Of a stretch of DNA of 64,000 nucleotides, positions 27,853-38,487 are shown in pieces. The notes below the pieces were generated by a model. It made no database searches. It had not been told where the DNA came from and saw nothing but the letters and a program-made list of their open reading frames with translations. The stretch's first letter is position 1. The number at the start of each line of letters is the position of its first letter. Origin of the DNA: a virus; the IMG/VR virus record IMGVR_UViG_3300027509_000012; one strand, 5' to 3'. The translations under genes were made by a program, and so were the position numbers.

Positions 27853-28383
27853 ATGTTAATTAATGAATTGTTTGAAGATAAATCTGATAAAGATGAAAAA
27901 GGTACATACGCTGCTGCTAGATTCTCACAAGAATCTAAAAATGCACTTACCAAGTATATCAAAAACAATAAAATAGTTAATTCTGTTGACATAAGCAAAC
28001 TCCATGCAACACTTTTATATAGCAGAGCTTATATAAAAGATTATAAACCAGTTGGTAAATATGATAAACCCATAGAGTGTAAACCTATGGGTTTTGAAAT
28101 TTGGCCTTCAAAGCCTGATGAGAAAACTGGTGAGAAATCAAATTGTCTAGTATTAAAACTAGATGCACCTGAATTTAAAGCTCGACATAAAGAATTAATG
28201 TCGAAGTATAAAGAAGCCACATACGATTTTCCCGAATTTAAAACACACGTTACGTTAAGTTACAGTGTTGATGATCTTGATCCTAAAGAATTACCTGAGT
28301 TTAATGATATACTATATTTAAATGAAGAATATAGTAAACCACTAGATTTAGATTGGGCTAAAAATAATACGGCCAAAAAGTAA
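27853..28383 (+). CDS. 2H phosphoesterase, T4 57B/Acb1-like
   Basis: GTYAAARFS, LHATLLYSR, ATYDFPEFKTHVTLSY. Confidence 0.85.
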   Translation: MLINELFEDKSDKDEKGTYAAARFSQESKNALTKYIKNNKIVNSVDISKLHATLLYSRAYIKDYKPVGKYDKPIECKPMGFEIWPSKPDEKTGEKSNCLVLKLDAPEFKARHKELMSKYKEATYDFPEFKTHVTLSYSVDDLDPKELPEFNDILYLNEEYSKPLDLDWAKNNTAKK

Positions 28384-28432
28384 TTCACTTTCACTTAATT
28401 TTAACTTTAGATAATAACAGGATAATTGTTAT

Positions 28433-29062
28433 ATGAATGATACTGTCAATAGTAATGAGCCTGATATGAATTGTGGAGTGCATTATTTCCAAGAGCACTT
28501 AACTGCTATCATACACCACTTTTATATTACTGGTGATGTTGGACTGGCAGTTAATTATATAGAAATGATACACACGATAAGAAGTGCTGCTCCCAACGAT
28601 ATAATAAAAATTCATTTAAACACTGTAGGTGGATGCATGGATACCGGTATACAAATAATCAATGCAATACGCGAATCTCACGCGCATGTAGTATGCGAAT
28701 TAGAAGCACAAGCATTTTCAGTCGGTTCTTTAATATTTTTAAGTGGTGATGAATTTGTTGTTCATGACAATGCTGTTTTAATGATTCATAATTTTAGTGG
28801 TATGGTATTTGGTAAAGGCCATGAACAACGTTCTAGGTTAGATGCTGTCACTGATTGGTTTCATGATTTTGCAAGACCATTATATGTTCCTTTTATTTCT
28901 GAAGAAGAATTTGACTTCGTATTAGATGGTAAAGATATGTGGATGCACTCCAGTGAAATAGGTGTTCGGATAGAGCACATGGTCGATGAAAAAATGGCAG
29001 CTATAGAAGCAGCAACAAAAAAACCAAGAAAAAGGAAACCCAGTTCACAAAACAAGAAATAA
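28433..29062 (+). CDS. ClpP-like serine protease
   Basis: HLNTVGG, AFSVGSLIFLSG, LMIHN. Confidence 0.85.
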   Translation: MNDTVNSNEPDMNCGVHYFQEHLTAIIHHFYITGDVGLAVNYIEMIHTIRSAAPNDIIKIHLNTVGGCMDTGIQIINAIRESHAHVVCELEAQAFSVGSLIFLSGDEFVVHDNAVLMIHNFSGMVFGKGHEQRSRLDAVTDWFHDFARPLYVPFISEEEFDFVLDGKDMWMHSSEIGVRIEHMVDEKMAAIEAATKKPRKRKPSSQNKK

Positions 29063-29078
29063 TGTGAACTAATTCACA
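29063..29078. promoter_or_regulatory. CRP-type box at the primase promoter
   Basis: TGTGA-ACTAAT-TCACA; TGtTATCAT -10 at 29091. Confidence 0.6.
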
Positions 29079-29103
29079 ATCTATTTGTGTTATCATTCCG
29101 TCG

Positions 29104-30132
29104 ATGAATGAAGTAGAACAAATAATCAGAGAACACGTACTATTAAATCCACCTAATAATAAAGGCTGGGAATCATGCGTACACGTTGGTTGTGATCATG
29201 GAAGTAAAGGTCCACGTTCTGGTTTCATATTCAATTCAGAAGGTGTGACATTCAATTGCTTTAACTGCTCAGTAGCCACTGGCATCAAATACAATGAGAG
29301 TTTTGGTATTCCACCTAAACTAAGATCGGTGTTAACTGATTTTGGTATGAGTGATAAAAATTTAGATATACTAAGTTTTAATTTATTTCAACAAAATGCA
29401 TCAAATCGTTCATCAGCTTCTTCTAATGTTAAAACTAAAATTAAATCAATCGATCCTGTTGAGCTACCATTACCAAAAGATTTTGATCTATTAGATACGT
29501 CTGGTGATATTGAAGTGGATAATAAAATAATCGAATATCTAGAATCCCGAAAAATTAATCCAGAAGATCATATGTTCATGGTGTGCAGGCAGGCATCTAA
29601 AATAGAATTTAAAAAATGGGAAAATCGTGTGATTGTTCCTATATTCCACAATGACAATATTGTGTTTTATCAAGGTCGTGATATTTCAGGCAAGTCAGCA
29701 AAGAAATACATGAATGCTACAAACAAGAAATTAAACCGCAATAAGATTATTAGTAACTACGATATTTTGTTTGAAGATTACGATAAACCATTATATGTCA
29801 CTGAAGGATGGTTTGATGCTTATCATTTAAATGGTGTAGCATTGTTTGGTAATCACATCAGAGAGGAACAGGCAGCGTGGCTGAGCAAGTCAAGTCGAGA
29901 GAAAGTCTACGTGATGGATCGGTTCGGTGATGGGCAGGAGGCGGCTCTGGAGGCCGTTGAGATGGGTTGGAGCGTGTCAATTCCGTTCGAATCATCATTT
30001 GATGACAAAATTAAGGATGTAAACGATTTAATTGACAAATATGGTAGGTTATATACGTTAAAATTAATTCAGAGTAAAACATACGATGAATTTTCTGCAA
30101 AAATTAATATTCAACTGCATACTACATCCTAA
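29104..30132 (+). CDS. DNA primase (gp61-like)
   Basis: Zn-binding FNCFNC, YLESR, YQGR, TOPRIM VTEGWFDA, KDVND. Confidence 0.9.
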   Translation: MNEVEQIIREHVLLNPPNNKGWESCVHVGCDHGSKGPRSGFIFNSEGVTFNCFNCSVATGIKYNESFGIPPKLRSVLTDFGMSDKNLDILSFNLFQQNASNRSSASSNVKTKIKSIDPVELPLPKDFDLLDTSGDIEVDNKIIEYLESRKINPEDHMFMVCRQASKIEFKKWENRVIVPIFHNDNIVFYQGRDISGKSAKKYMNATNKKLNRNKIISNYDILFEDYDKPLYVTEGWFDAYHLNGVALFGNHIREEQAAWLSKSSREKVYVMDRFGDGQEAALEAVEMGWSVSIPFESSFDDKIKDVNDLIDKYGRLYTLKLIQSKTYDEFSAKINIQLHTTS

Positions 30133-30553
30133 TGGATCGATGTAATGGGATATTAGATTCTTTTAATTCCTGAGTCCATGAGTAAAAACTCTTTCCATGT
30201 TTCATTTCTTTGTGAGATTCCCTTCTAACCTCCCATTGCCATTGATGAACCATTTCATGAGCTAGCACTTCGATAAAGGTTAATTGTGTTGTTATTTTAG
30301 AACTTAATCCTAATTTAACACGGCGCTGTTTAGCGGCTGATTTACCAAAGGTGGTGCACCAGCCAGCATCATGGAAATTGCCAAGCTCGAAGCGTACTGG
30401 TGGAATTAATTCCCCGTCGAAGAATGCAGCGTTTAAATAGTCCCACCAGTAGTAACACAAGGATTCGGTAATTATTAAATTATCGTCCTCGGTGGAGTTA
30501 TTTATATACTGCTGAATTTTTTTATGCGCTGCTTTCTTTGAGATTTTTTTCAT
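30122..30553 (-). CDS. SprT-like metalloprotease
   Basis: LNAAFF...LAHEMVHQWQ...HGKSF. Confidence 0.85.
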   Translation of the reverse strand: MKKISKKAAHKKIQQYINNSTEDDNLIITESLCYYWWDYLNAAFFDGELIPPVRFELGNFHDAGWCTTFGKSAAKQRRVKLGLSSKITTQLTFIEVLAHEMVHQWQWEVRRESHKEMKHGKSFYSWTQELKESNIPLHRSIRM

Positions 30554-30717
30554 GTAAGTATTTAAGAAATTAATGACTAAAAGTGATGTTAAATTTCAGC
30601 CACAACTCATAATATCACAATGAAATTTAACCTGATGTTAATAAATACTGGTATCCCTACAGCCCCCGTAGATTGCCATGTTGACCTAATTAATCAACTA
30701 TGGTATAATTAATTCCT

Positions 30718-31371
30718 ATGAATAAAAATAAATTTAAAAACGAATATTTAGCAAGTCTGTATGGGCATACTTGGGACGAAAGATTATCAAGAACTTTTCC
30801 ACGATTGAAAAAGCCACATATCTATAAAGAATGGGATAGCTACCATAAGAACAAATCAGAAATAGAAGTCAATGCATCTGACAAAGATCGTATTTGGTTT
30901 TGTAGTGATCATCATTTTATACATAGAAATATTATCAAATACGCAAACAGACCTTATGACAATCCTGATCAGATGAATCACGATATGATGCATAAACATA
31001 ATTCAGTTGTTGGTGAAGATGATATTGTTTTTATGTTAGGTGATATCGGAATGGGTTACACTGGTTTAGTAAATGAATTCTTAGATAAGATGAATGGTTA
31101 TAAGATTTTAATAATCGGAAACCATGATTGGGAAAAGGGTTATAAACTAAAAAATTATCATGTAGATGAAATGTATGTTTCATACTACTTAGATTGGGCT
31201 GGGATTATGATGACTCATGCTCCATTTGATAGTTACATTCCATTTGCGGAACAATTTCTTAACGCACATGGACACATACATAATAAGATTGTACCTTCAG
31301 AACAATACAGAAATGTTTGTGTTGAGCATACTAACTACACACCCATCAGTTATAATGACTTGGTTAAATGA
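30718..31371 (+). CDS. Calcineurin-like metallophosphoesterase
   Basis: SDHHF, LGD, GNHD, THAP, HGHIH. Confidence 0.9.
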   Translation: MNKNKFKNEYLASLYGHTWDERLSRTFPRLKKPHIYKEWDSYHKNKSEIEVNASDKDRIWFCSDHHFIHRNIIKYANRPYDNPDQMNHDMMHKHNSVVGEDDIVFMLGDIGMGYTGLVNEFLDKMNGYKILIIGNHDWEKGYKLKNYHVDEMYVSYYLDWAGIMMTHAPFDSYIPFAEQFLNAHGHIHNKIVPSEQYRNVCVEHTNYTPISYNDLVK

Positions 31372-32726
31372 ATACTAAAATAACAGCAAAAGAAATAGTA
31401 GACCTAAGTAGAGCTTATTCCCTATACACCATTAGCAATCGCGCAATTCCACATGTATCCGATGGAATGAAAGCGGCTGCGCGAAGGTTGTTATGGAAAG
31501 CGAAGGATGGTAAGCGACACAAGACTGTCACATTGGCTGGTTCTACATTAGATATACATCCACACGGACTACCAGAATCGGCTGCAAATACATTAGCAGC
31601 GTTTTATGGAAACAATGTTCCTCTTATGGATGGTGATGGTTCGTTTGGAACATTAATAGATCCAACTGAATACGGTGCAACTAGATATACTCACATGCAG
31701 GTATCTCAATTCACTAAAGATTGTGTCTATATAGATATAGATATACTGCCACATCAAGCTAATTACGATGGCACTACAACAGAGCCTATGCATTTTCTAC
31801 CATTGATACCAATTGTATTATTAAATCCACAGGATGGTATAGCGAGTGGATTTGCAGCATCTATTTTACCAAGATCACTAGATGATATTATCAAAGCTCA
31901 ATTAAGTCATTTAAAAAATAAGAAGATTGTAGAGCCAAATCCTACGTTTCTCCCCACAAAGAATTTTTCAACTGGGAAGGTCGTAGATAACAAAGGTGAT
32001 GAACGCTGGGTATTTAAGGCAGACATTGATGTGGTCAATACATCCACTGTTAAGATAAACACGTTGCCATACGGCGTTCAACATGCGAAGTATATTACTA
32101 CTCTGCATAAATTCATTGAAGCGGATAAGATCGCATCCTATACTGATGATTCAAAAGATATATATGATATTACAGTTAAATTTAAACGTGGTGCATTGAA
32201 AGGTAAGACCGTTGATGAAGTTAGATCAATGTTAGGACTGACTGTACAAATAAAAGAGAATTTGAATGTGATTGACTTCGATGGTCAGTCTATCTATCCA
32301 TCATCATTTAAAGAGATTGTCCAAGACTTTACCGATTGGCGTCTATCTTGGTATAAGACTCGATATGAACATAAACGAGATTTACTCAAAGTTGATATCC
32401 AGCGATACTTAGATATTATAAAAGCGATCAATAAAAACGTTGGTGGTTTGGCTAAGAAAACTGAATCGCGAGCAGAATTGAAGGAACTACTTGCTAGCTT
32501 CGATATTGTTATGTTAGATTATATTGCTGATCTACCTGTTTATCGATTTACACAAGCTGAGAAGCAAAAGATCCAAGATAAATTGACAGAAGCACAAAAG
32601 GTATTGAAGCAATATAACCGAATCATAAAGAATGAAAAACTTCGAGTTGATATCTATGTTGATGAACTCACGGAGTTAGCAGCGAAAAGTAAGAAGGGTA
32701 TATATTCACAAGATTTTTACGACTAA
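31368..32726 (+). CDS. Type II topoisomerase GyrA/gp52-like subunit
   Basis: RAIPHVSDGMK, HPHG, GATRYT (catalytic Tyr), GIASGF. Confidence 0.92.
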   Translation: MNTKITAKEIVDLSRAYSLYTISNRAIPHVSDGMKAAARRLLWKAKDGKRHKTVTLAGSTLDIHPHGLPESAANTLAAFYGNNVPLMDGDGSFGTLIDPTEYGATRYTHMQVSQFTKDCVYIDIDILPHQANYDGTTTEPMHFLPLIPIVLLNPQDGIASGFAASILPRSLDDIIKAQLSHLKNKKIVEPNPTFLPTKNFSTGKVVDNKGDERWVFKADIDVVNTSTVKINTLPYGVQHAKYITTLHKFIEADKIASYTDDSKDIYDITVKFKRGALKGKTVDEVRSMLGLTVQIKENLNVIDFDGQSIYPSSFKEIVQDFTDWRLSWYKTRYEHKRDLLKVDIQRYLDIIKAINKNVGGLAKKTESRAELKELLASFDIVMLDYIADLPVYRFTQAEKQKIQDKLTEAQKVLKQYNRIIKNEKLRVDIYVDELTELAAKSKKGIYSQDFYD

Positions 32727-32735
32727 TAAATATTA

Positions 32736-32751
32736 TGTGAAACGAATCACA
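32736..32751. promoter_or_regulatory. CRP-type box
   Basis: TGTGA-AACGAA-TCACA, -40.5 from TGgTATGAT. Confidence 0.6.
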
Positions 32752-32783
32752 CCAATAATTAATTATAATGGTATGATTAATTA

Positions 32784-33047
32784 TTGATTTTTAACCGAAG
32801 AAGGGCAATGCGTAACAACAAAAACGAGTTTGATCGACAGATTCTATCTGATATTAAAACAATGGATGCTGATGAATTGATGAAGATTCATGGCATATCT
32901 ATTAATGAAGAAACGAAAGAAGTATACGATCAGACATACGATAAAACTTTCTCGGATATTAACGAGTGGATTTATTTTTCCTCTGAAGATCAGGAAAGTG
33001 AGTTTGAAAAATTTGGTGTAGACGATGAATACTACGACGATTACTAA
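32784..33047 (+). CDS. Hypothetical acidic protein
   Basis: ORF track; start may be ATG 32808. Confidence 0.7.
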   Translation: MIFNRRRAMRNNKNEFDRQILSDIKTMDADELMKIHGISINEETKEVYDQTYDKTFSDINEWIYFSSEDQESEFEKFGVDDEYYDDY

Positions 33048-33468
33048 CGATGATTCAGAAAATAATGATACTGATGAAATAGCCAACCAGAAAAAAGGTT
33101 GGGCTGGAATATTTCTTCTTGAACGTCATAGAGATTTTATCTATAGAAAGTTCAAACCCAAATTTGAAAAGCAAACAGATTGCCACATAACCACAGCTTT
33201 TAATGTTACTGGCTTAGATGAAGATTTTAATCTAGAACGTTTAAAGATAATCGGATATGCTGGTGGTGAAACTATTGAATGTATTGTTGTGGAAGTAAAC
33301 AGTAAATTGTTTAGACCATCAGGTGGCTATTACCATATAACACTATCTTATAATCCTGCGCTTGCTACTCCAAAGGATAGTAACGTCTTACTAAAGCAAG
33401 GCTTCAATGGTATCGATCATATTCATTTACCACCAAAAGGTTGTGAATATAAATTTGTGGAATTTTAA
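33025..33468 (+). CDS. Second 2H phosphoesterase-like protein
   Basis: Two HxT motifs: CHITTAF and YHITLS. Confidence 0.65.
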   Translation: MNTTTITNDDSENNDTDEIANQKKGWAGIFLLERHRDFIYRKFKPKFEKQTDCHITTAFNVTGLDEDFNLERLKIIGYAGGETIECIVVEVNSKLFRPSGGYYHITLSYNPALATPKDSNVLLKQGFNGIDHIHLPPKGCEYKFVEF

Positions 33469-33743
33469 TGACCATTGAATTTCTAAATGAAATAAACGCA
33501 ATGATCCTACTTCCAGATAAGCCGTTGGTTGGTGATTATATAGCAACCGATTGGGATGAACAGCATCCATCTGATTGGAAGGATCAAAATATAAGTTGGT
33601 ATTGCGCTCAAGTAATTGAGGTTGATGGTGATAAATATAAAATGAGCTATGATGATTCATGGTATACGTTTACTGAATTTGGTACGCCCAAACCAAGTAA
33701 ACTTCAATTAGTAAATATCTACCCAGCAATACCAGCGATATAA
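33468..33743 (+). CDS. Hypothetical protein
   Basis: TAATG coupling. Confidence 0.65.
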   Translation: MTIEFLNEINAMILLPDKPLVGDYIATDWDEQHPSDWKDQNISWYCAQVIEVDGDKYKMSYDDSWYTFTEFGTPKPSKLQLVNIYPAIPAI

Positions 33744-33752
33744 GGAACGACA

Positions 33753-34004
33753 TTGATATTATATAACATGGAAGATGTAAAAAAATTACTACACTATAAT
33801 TCCATGCTATTTTTTGGAATGATATTGTTGCTGTTCTTGGCTGGCAATGTAATAATTAATAATGAATTTCTAACAGGAATATTTTCATTGATATTCAATA
33901 TCAGTTATATGGTATTCTTACTATCTGTTTGGTTAATGGGTTGGAGATTTATTCAATTTCAAGAATTTATAAATCGACCTAATCGAGTAGTAGTTAAAAT
34001 CTAA
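33753..34004 (+). CDS. Two-TM membrane protein
   Basis: Hydrophobic segments; AAGGA SD. Confidence 0.6.
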   Translation: MILYNMEDVKKLLHYNSMLFFGMILLLFLAGNVIINNEFLTGIFSLIFNISYMVFLLSVWLMGWRFIQFQEFINRPNRVVVKI

Positions 34005-34195
34005 GATTTCTTTTTGGGTGTCTCATGTACCACTGCATGAGAAAATGATCTATGACAGCATTTATCTAAAACTTCTTTTTGTTGGGCTTCGTTCATTGAA
34101 GCCCAATTATTAATTTCTTCTAAAGTTCTATAACAGCCTGCGCACCTACCATTGCGTATTTCGCATATACGAATACATGGTGATAGGTTAGCCAC
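34001..34195 (-). CDS. DUF1289-like Cys-rich protein
   Basis: SPCIRIC...CAGCYRTLEEINNW; GTG start overlapping the RNR end. Confidence 0.7.
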   Translation of the reverse strand: MANLSPCIRICEIRNGRCAGCYRTLEEINNWASMNEAQQKEVLDKCCHRSFSHAVVHETPKKKS

Positions 34196-36092
34196 ATTTA
34201 GATCCACCACAGTCAGCACAAACGCTACATCCGCTTTCATATCGAACGTTTTCACTTCCACATTCTAAGCAAGTCGCGTTTTCTACTTTTTCACCATCAT
34301 TGACATAACCTGATAGTAATTTCTTTATTGCATATGTGAATGATCCTGCCACTGCATTTTCACTTCGATCAAGAGTTGCTACGATATTCTTAATGAACAC
34401 GCCATGACGTAGATTGAGACTTACAAGACGTGCAACTTTATTAATGTTGTTATCTTTATTCATCTTCTTTACTTGATCATCAATGTGAACCTGTGGAATG
34501 CCTTTGGATATGGCAAGTTCTAAAAGAAGATCAACCGCTTCGTCTGCGACTAATGAAGTTTCTGTATAGTTTGATTTAACAAACAATGCAAATGGTCGAT
34601 TTGAATCTGGAAGCATACTGACAGTACAATATAGTTTCTTCTTTTCAGCTCGAAGTACTTTAACTTCTGCTGGTGATGATTCTGGTAATTTAACATCTTC
34701 TAAGATGATTTCTTCTTCATCTGGAGAAGCAGTCTTTTCTTCGGCGGCAGACAATACAGAAGTCATGGTATTAGCTCGGTATGTAGTTAACCCTTTCAGG
34801 ACTTCTGAATTATATCCATCAAGATAAAGATTTTTAAATTTTTCATATGGATAATCTTCTGGGATATTGATCGTTTTGGAACAACTAGAATCTATCCAAT
34901 AAGCAAATCCCTTTAAATCTATAAGATGATCTTCTACTGATAAATCTAGTGTCGAAACTGCCCAATCAGCATCTGGGTTCCATTCATTTGATTGATTTAA
35001 TGAATGTACACCATAATCTTCACACAGAGTTTCTTTTGTTAAGCCACGATTTGTGTCTATTTTATAAACCGTCCCATCTGGGCCGATGCCTTTAAGGATT
35101 GTTTCATCCCCCTCTTTTGTAAATTTAAACATTTCTGTTTCATGAAATTCACCTTCATACCATTTCGGACAAACATCAGCTATATCATCTGGCATAGAAT
35201 TTATAATACTTGTACGCACGTAAGATGGCATAAAGATTGGTTCTAAACCACCAGAAACAATATTAGCCGCTATTCCAGTGTTACCCGTAGGTTGAATAGA
35301 TAATAAGTTTGAATTTCGAATGCCAGTAGTTCGAAGTTTCTGCATATATTCTTCTGGGAGGTTTAATCTTTTTACAAATTCCGCTTCTGCGTGTAATTCG
35401 GGTTTGCAATAAGTATACATACCTCTTTCTATTGCCAAATCAATTGATGACATGTATGCTTGCTGTGCTATTGCCGACATAATTTGTTCTTTAATCACTT
35501 CTGCCTTTTCTGATCCAAATTTAACTTGTAACATATATAAAGCTGATCCCCAACCCATAATTCCAATACCGATTCGACGTTTATGATCGCGAGAATAATC
35601 ATATTCAGGTAATGGTGTTAAAGATACGTTGTTTACATTATCTAAAAACCTCACCAGATACGAAACAGTTTTTCTTAACTCAACAACATCGAAACCACTT
35701 TTATCTTCATTAATAAATTTAGTAAGATTGATACTAGACAAGCAACAAATACCACCTGATAATGCTAAAAGCTGCTCTCCACATGGGTTACTGGCTTTAA
35801 TTTTTTCGCTCGGTTCATACGTTGATGGTGCTAATTTATTTGCACGCTCTAAAAACAATACGCCGGGTTCTGCTCGATTATAAGTGCTTTGCATAATCAA
35901 ATCCCAAAGATAAGAAACTTTCACTGTTTTATGTACAATAACTGGATATTCTAATTCTTTCCAATCAGATAAAAATCCATTCCATTTTTCTGCATACATT
36001 TCATGTGTAGTATCAGGGAATTCTAAATTCCAATTCTCAAGTTCTTCAATTTCTTTATCTATATCTGCTATCTGCTGTTCAATATTATTCAT
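34188..36092 (-). CDS. nrdJ: Class II (B12-dependent) ribonucleotide reductase, C-terminal fragment
   Basis: EPG, NPCGEQ, CCLSSINL, RRIGIG, QPTG, SKTIN, C-terminal Zn ribbon and CGGSKCG. Confidence 0.9.
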   Translation of the reverse strand: MNNIEQQIADIDKEIEELENWNLEFPDTTHEMYAEKWNGFLSDWKELEYPVIVHKTVKVSYLWDLIMQSTYNRAEPGVLFLERANKLAPSTYEPSEKIKASNPCGEQLLALSGGICCLSSINLTKFINEDKSGFDVVELRKTVSYLVRFLDNVNNVSLTPLPEYDYSRDHKRRIGIGIMGWGSALYMLQVKFGSEKAEVIKEQIMSAIAQQAYMSSIDLAIERGMYTYCKPELHAEAEFVKRLNLPEEYMQKLRTTGIRNSNLLSIQPTGNTGIAANIVSGGLEPIFMPSYVRTSIINSMPDDIADVCPKWYEGEFHETEMFKFTKEGDETILKGIGPDGTVYKIDTNRGLTKETLCEDYGVHSLNQSNEWNPDADWAVSTLDLSVEDHLIDLKGFAYWIDSSCSKTINIPEDYPYEKFKNLYLDGYNSEVLKGLTTYRANTMTSVLSAAEEKTASPDEEEIILEDVKLPESSPAEVKVLRAEKKKLYCTVSMLPDSNRPFALFVKSNYTETSLVADEAVDLLLELAISKGIPQVHIDDQVKKMNKDNNINKVARLVSLNLRHGVFIKNIVATLDRSENAVAGSFTYAIKKLLSGYVNDGEKVENATCLECGSENVRYESGCSVCADCGGSKCG

Positions 36093-37618
36093 TATAGTGC
36101 CTTTAGTTTATATTTTATTAATCCACAATCCCATATTCTATAGAATCCATTATTTTTACAATTTACATATTCACTTACATTTTCATCATAGTTTTTTAAT
36201 TTCTTTTTTAATATAGATTTTCGAAATGAAAATTTATGTATTCGTTTTGTTCCTACTTTATATCTGTAATCAGGTTTAGTTATGTATTCAATTTTAAATC
36301 CAGTTTTTTCGTATAAATTACCGTTACTCCATCGACGATCTGCAAAGGTAAATAAATCATAATTTCTATATTTTGATATTATCTTAGAGAAACCACCAAC
36401 TACGTGTTTTGATGATGCATAGCGAGTAATCATTAATCCATCCTTTTCTTTTTTAAATAATGCAAGACATACTAATTCATCGTTATCATCAACTAGCCCG
36501 GTTCTAATGGATGATCCACCATATCCTTGAATATGATATTTAGACATAAAGTTTTTAGCTGAATCAACATCAATATTATATTTTATATTTGTTTTTCTGG
36601 CGTATACTTTCTCTCTATTATCTGTTTTTAATAAACTTAATATTTTAGATTTTACTAATTCTTTTGAATGTAACCATTCATCCTCAAAGATTGTAATAAG
36701 CTGAATTCCAACTTCTTCACACATTTGAGTTTTTCTTAAATGATATTTTTTGTCTATTTTATGCTCGATTGCTTCTGAATGCCAATAAAGTCCACAATAT
36801 TCAAACGCTATATTTTTATCAGGTATGTTTATGTCTAATTGATAAGGTGCAATTGTTTTATTGTCTGAAGTTATTATTGGGCAATCACAAATAGTATGAA
36901 TAAATTCAGATAATTCTCTTTCTTCTGTTGAAATAAAATGGGTTTTGGGTTTAATATTATGTTTATTAAAATATCGAGAAACCGTTGTTCTATTTACTGA
37001 AAGGTGATTTGCAATTTTACCCAAATGCATAGTTTTATTTAATTTTTTGAGTAATTCTACATTCATTAAATCATCATGTGGAAATTCTTCGTTTAAATGA
37101 TAATTATAATTTAGTGTGCCGAATTTATCAATCATTGTTTCCTGTTGTTTTTCTAAAAGTTTTTTATTCTTTAACGGAGAGGTCACTCCAAATTTATCAA
37201 TCATTCCATCAACAACTTTTTGTTTTCCTTCATCTGAACTAAAAAAATAATCTGAACCATATTTTTCTTTACATGTAGTTCTTATTTTATCGCTAACAAA
37301 ATTTGAGTTTGCGGAACATTTTAAAGAACAGAAACGATTATAACCTTTTATTCTACTAGGACTTGGTTTGTTGGCACGATCAACCCATGTAGTTATGTTT
37401 TCACAAGATTCATTACCACATATAATGGGTTCTTTAATATTAAGCCTAACATTATGTAGCTTTTGAAGGTGGGAAATATTTGATGGAAATTTTTCATTCC
37501 ATTGATCTAATAAATCAGAAACTGTAGAGTTACTTTTTAATAAGCGAACTGCTTTTTGACTAACTCTACCCGATTTAGTAATAATTCCAGCATCAATTAA
37601 GTGATCAGTTAAATTCAT
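36092..37618 (-). mobile_element. Free-standing Hef-like homing endonuclease gene inserted in nrdJ
   Basis: KYG/KFG repeats, QLDINIP...AFEYCGLYWH, YARK, TFADRRWS, IWDCG. Confidence 0.85.
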
Positions 37619-37619
37619 T

Positions 37620-38354
37620 TTATAGTTGTTTTTCTAATTCTACCTTTTTTGCTTTGAGTTCAGCTATTCGATTTACTCTGTCCATAAATGCATCGGTGCA
37701 ATTTACTGAAATATTAAATTTACTTAAACGGCCTGCGGTTTGTTTAGCAGTAATAAACTCAACAATATCTGGATGAGTTACATCAAGAATTCCCATCATC
37801 GCACCTTTGCGGATCTTAGTTTTCTTTGCAATGTTTTTAGAATCTGTGTCCGCACCAGCTCCACTGGTTATAACATCACTGCTTTTATCAAAAAGTTCCA
37901 TAAATTTTACAGCGCCGGGTGTGGCAGCACCAACTCCCATTATATCCGCACCACGAGGGCGAATATAAGAAAAATTCTCTCCCCAACCACCTTCACTTTT
38001 TAATGTCTGAGCTTGTGATCTTAAATGGGCCAAAATACCATCAAGTGAATCAATATCGTATTTTTCGGTTGGGCCAACAAAGCAATTAAATTGCGTAGTC
38101 TTACCATATCCAGCTCCAGCGTTTGATAAAATCCGGCCACCCGGCACGACTTTAAAGCCATTTAACATCTCATAAAAACGATCTTCCCAGACTTCTTTAT
38201 CTTTTTGGTTATCTTCTCCATCAGCGATTCCTTTAGCTACACGTTGAAAAGTGTCGTCTATCGTTTCGTCTGAGTGATACTTGTAAGTGGTTTCCCAGAT
38301 TTCTTGTGAAAAATCATTCGTAAATTCAGTTGGGGGCAGATTGGACTTTGACAT
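37620..38354 (-). CDS. nrdJ: Class II RNR, N-terminal fragment
   Basis: PGGRILSNAG, FNCFV, EGGWG, IRPRG, RKGAMM, HPDI, FNISV. Confidence 0.9.
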   Translation of the reverse strand: MSKSNLPPTEFTNDFSQEIWETTYKYHSDETIDDTFQRVAKGIADGEDNQKDKEVWEDRFYEMLNGFKVVPGGRILSNAGAGYGKTTQFNCFVGPTEKYDIDSLDGILAHLRSQAQTLKSEGGWGENFSYIRPRGADIMGVGAATPGAVKFMELFDKSSDVITSGAGADTDSKNIAKKTKIRKGAMMGILDVTHPDIVEFITAKQTAGRLSKFNISVNCTDAFMDRVNRIAELKAKKVELEKQL

Positions 38355-38487
38355 TAAATGGTTTCCTATTATTGTTTATTTTCTAGTAGGGTTATTTATA
38401 TTGACCCGATTACATTCATGTCATTAATCATATCTGATTGTGTGACATGTTTCAATATGTTAATTAGTTTTATTTTGAATTAAAATA

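Noticed and set aside
27465-27998. Ser-rich minus-strand ORF
   Set aside because: Antisense shadow of the EDEA repeat gene
29865-29980. GC-rich patch within primase (similar patches near 1250-1310, 1560-1660 and 54920-55010) as an insertion
   Set aside because: The reading frame and TOPRIM sequence are continuous, and no shared motif or boundaries could be defined by eye
36092-37620. Group I intron or split intein in nrdJ
   Set aside because: No non-coding flanks for a ribozyme core and no C/S...HN intein termini
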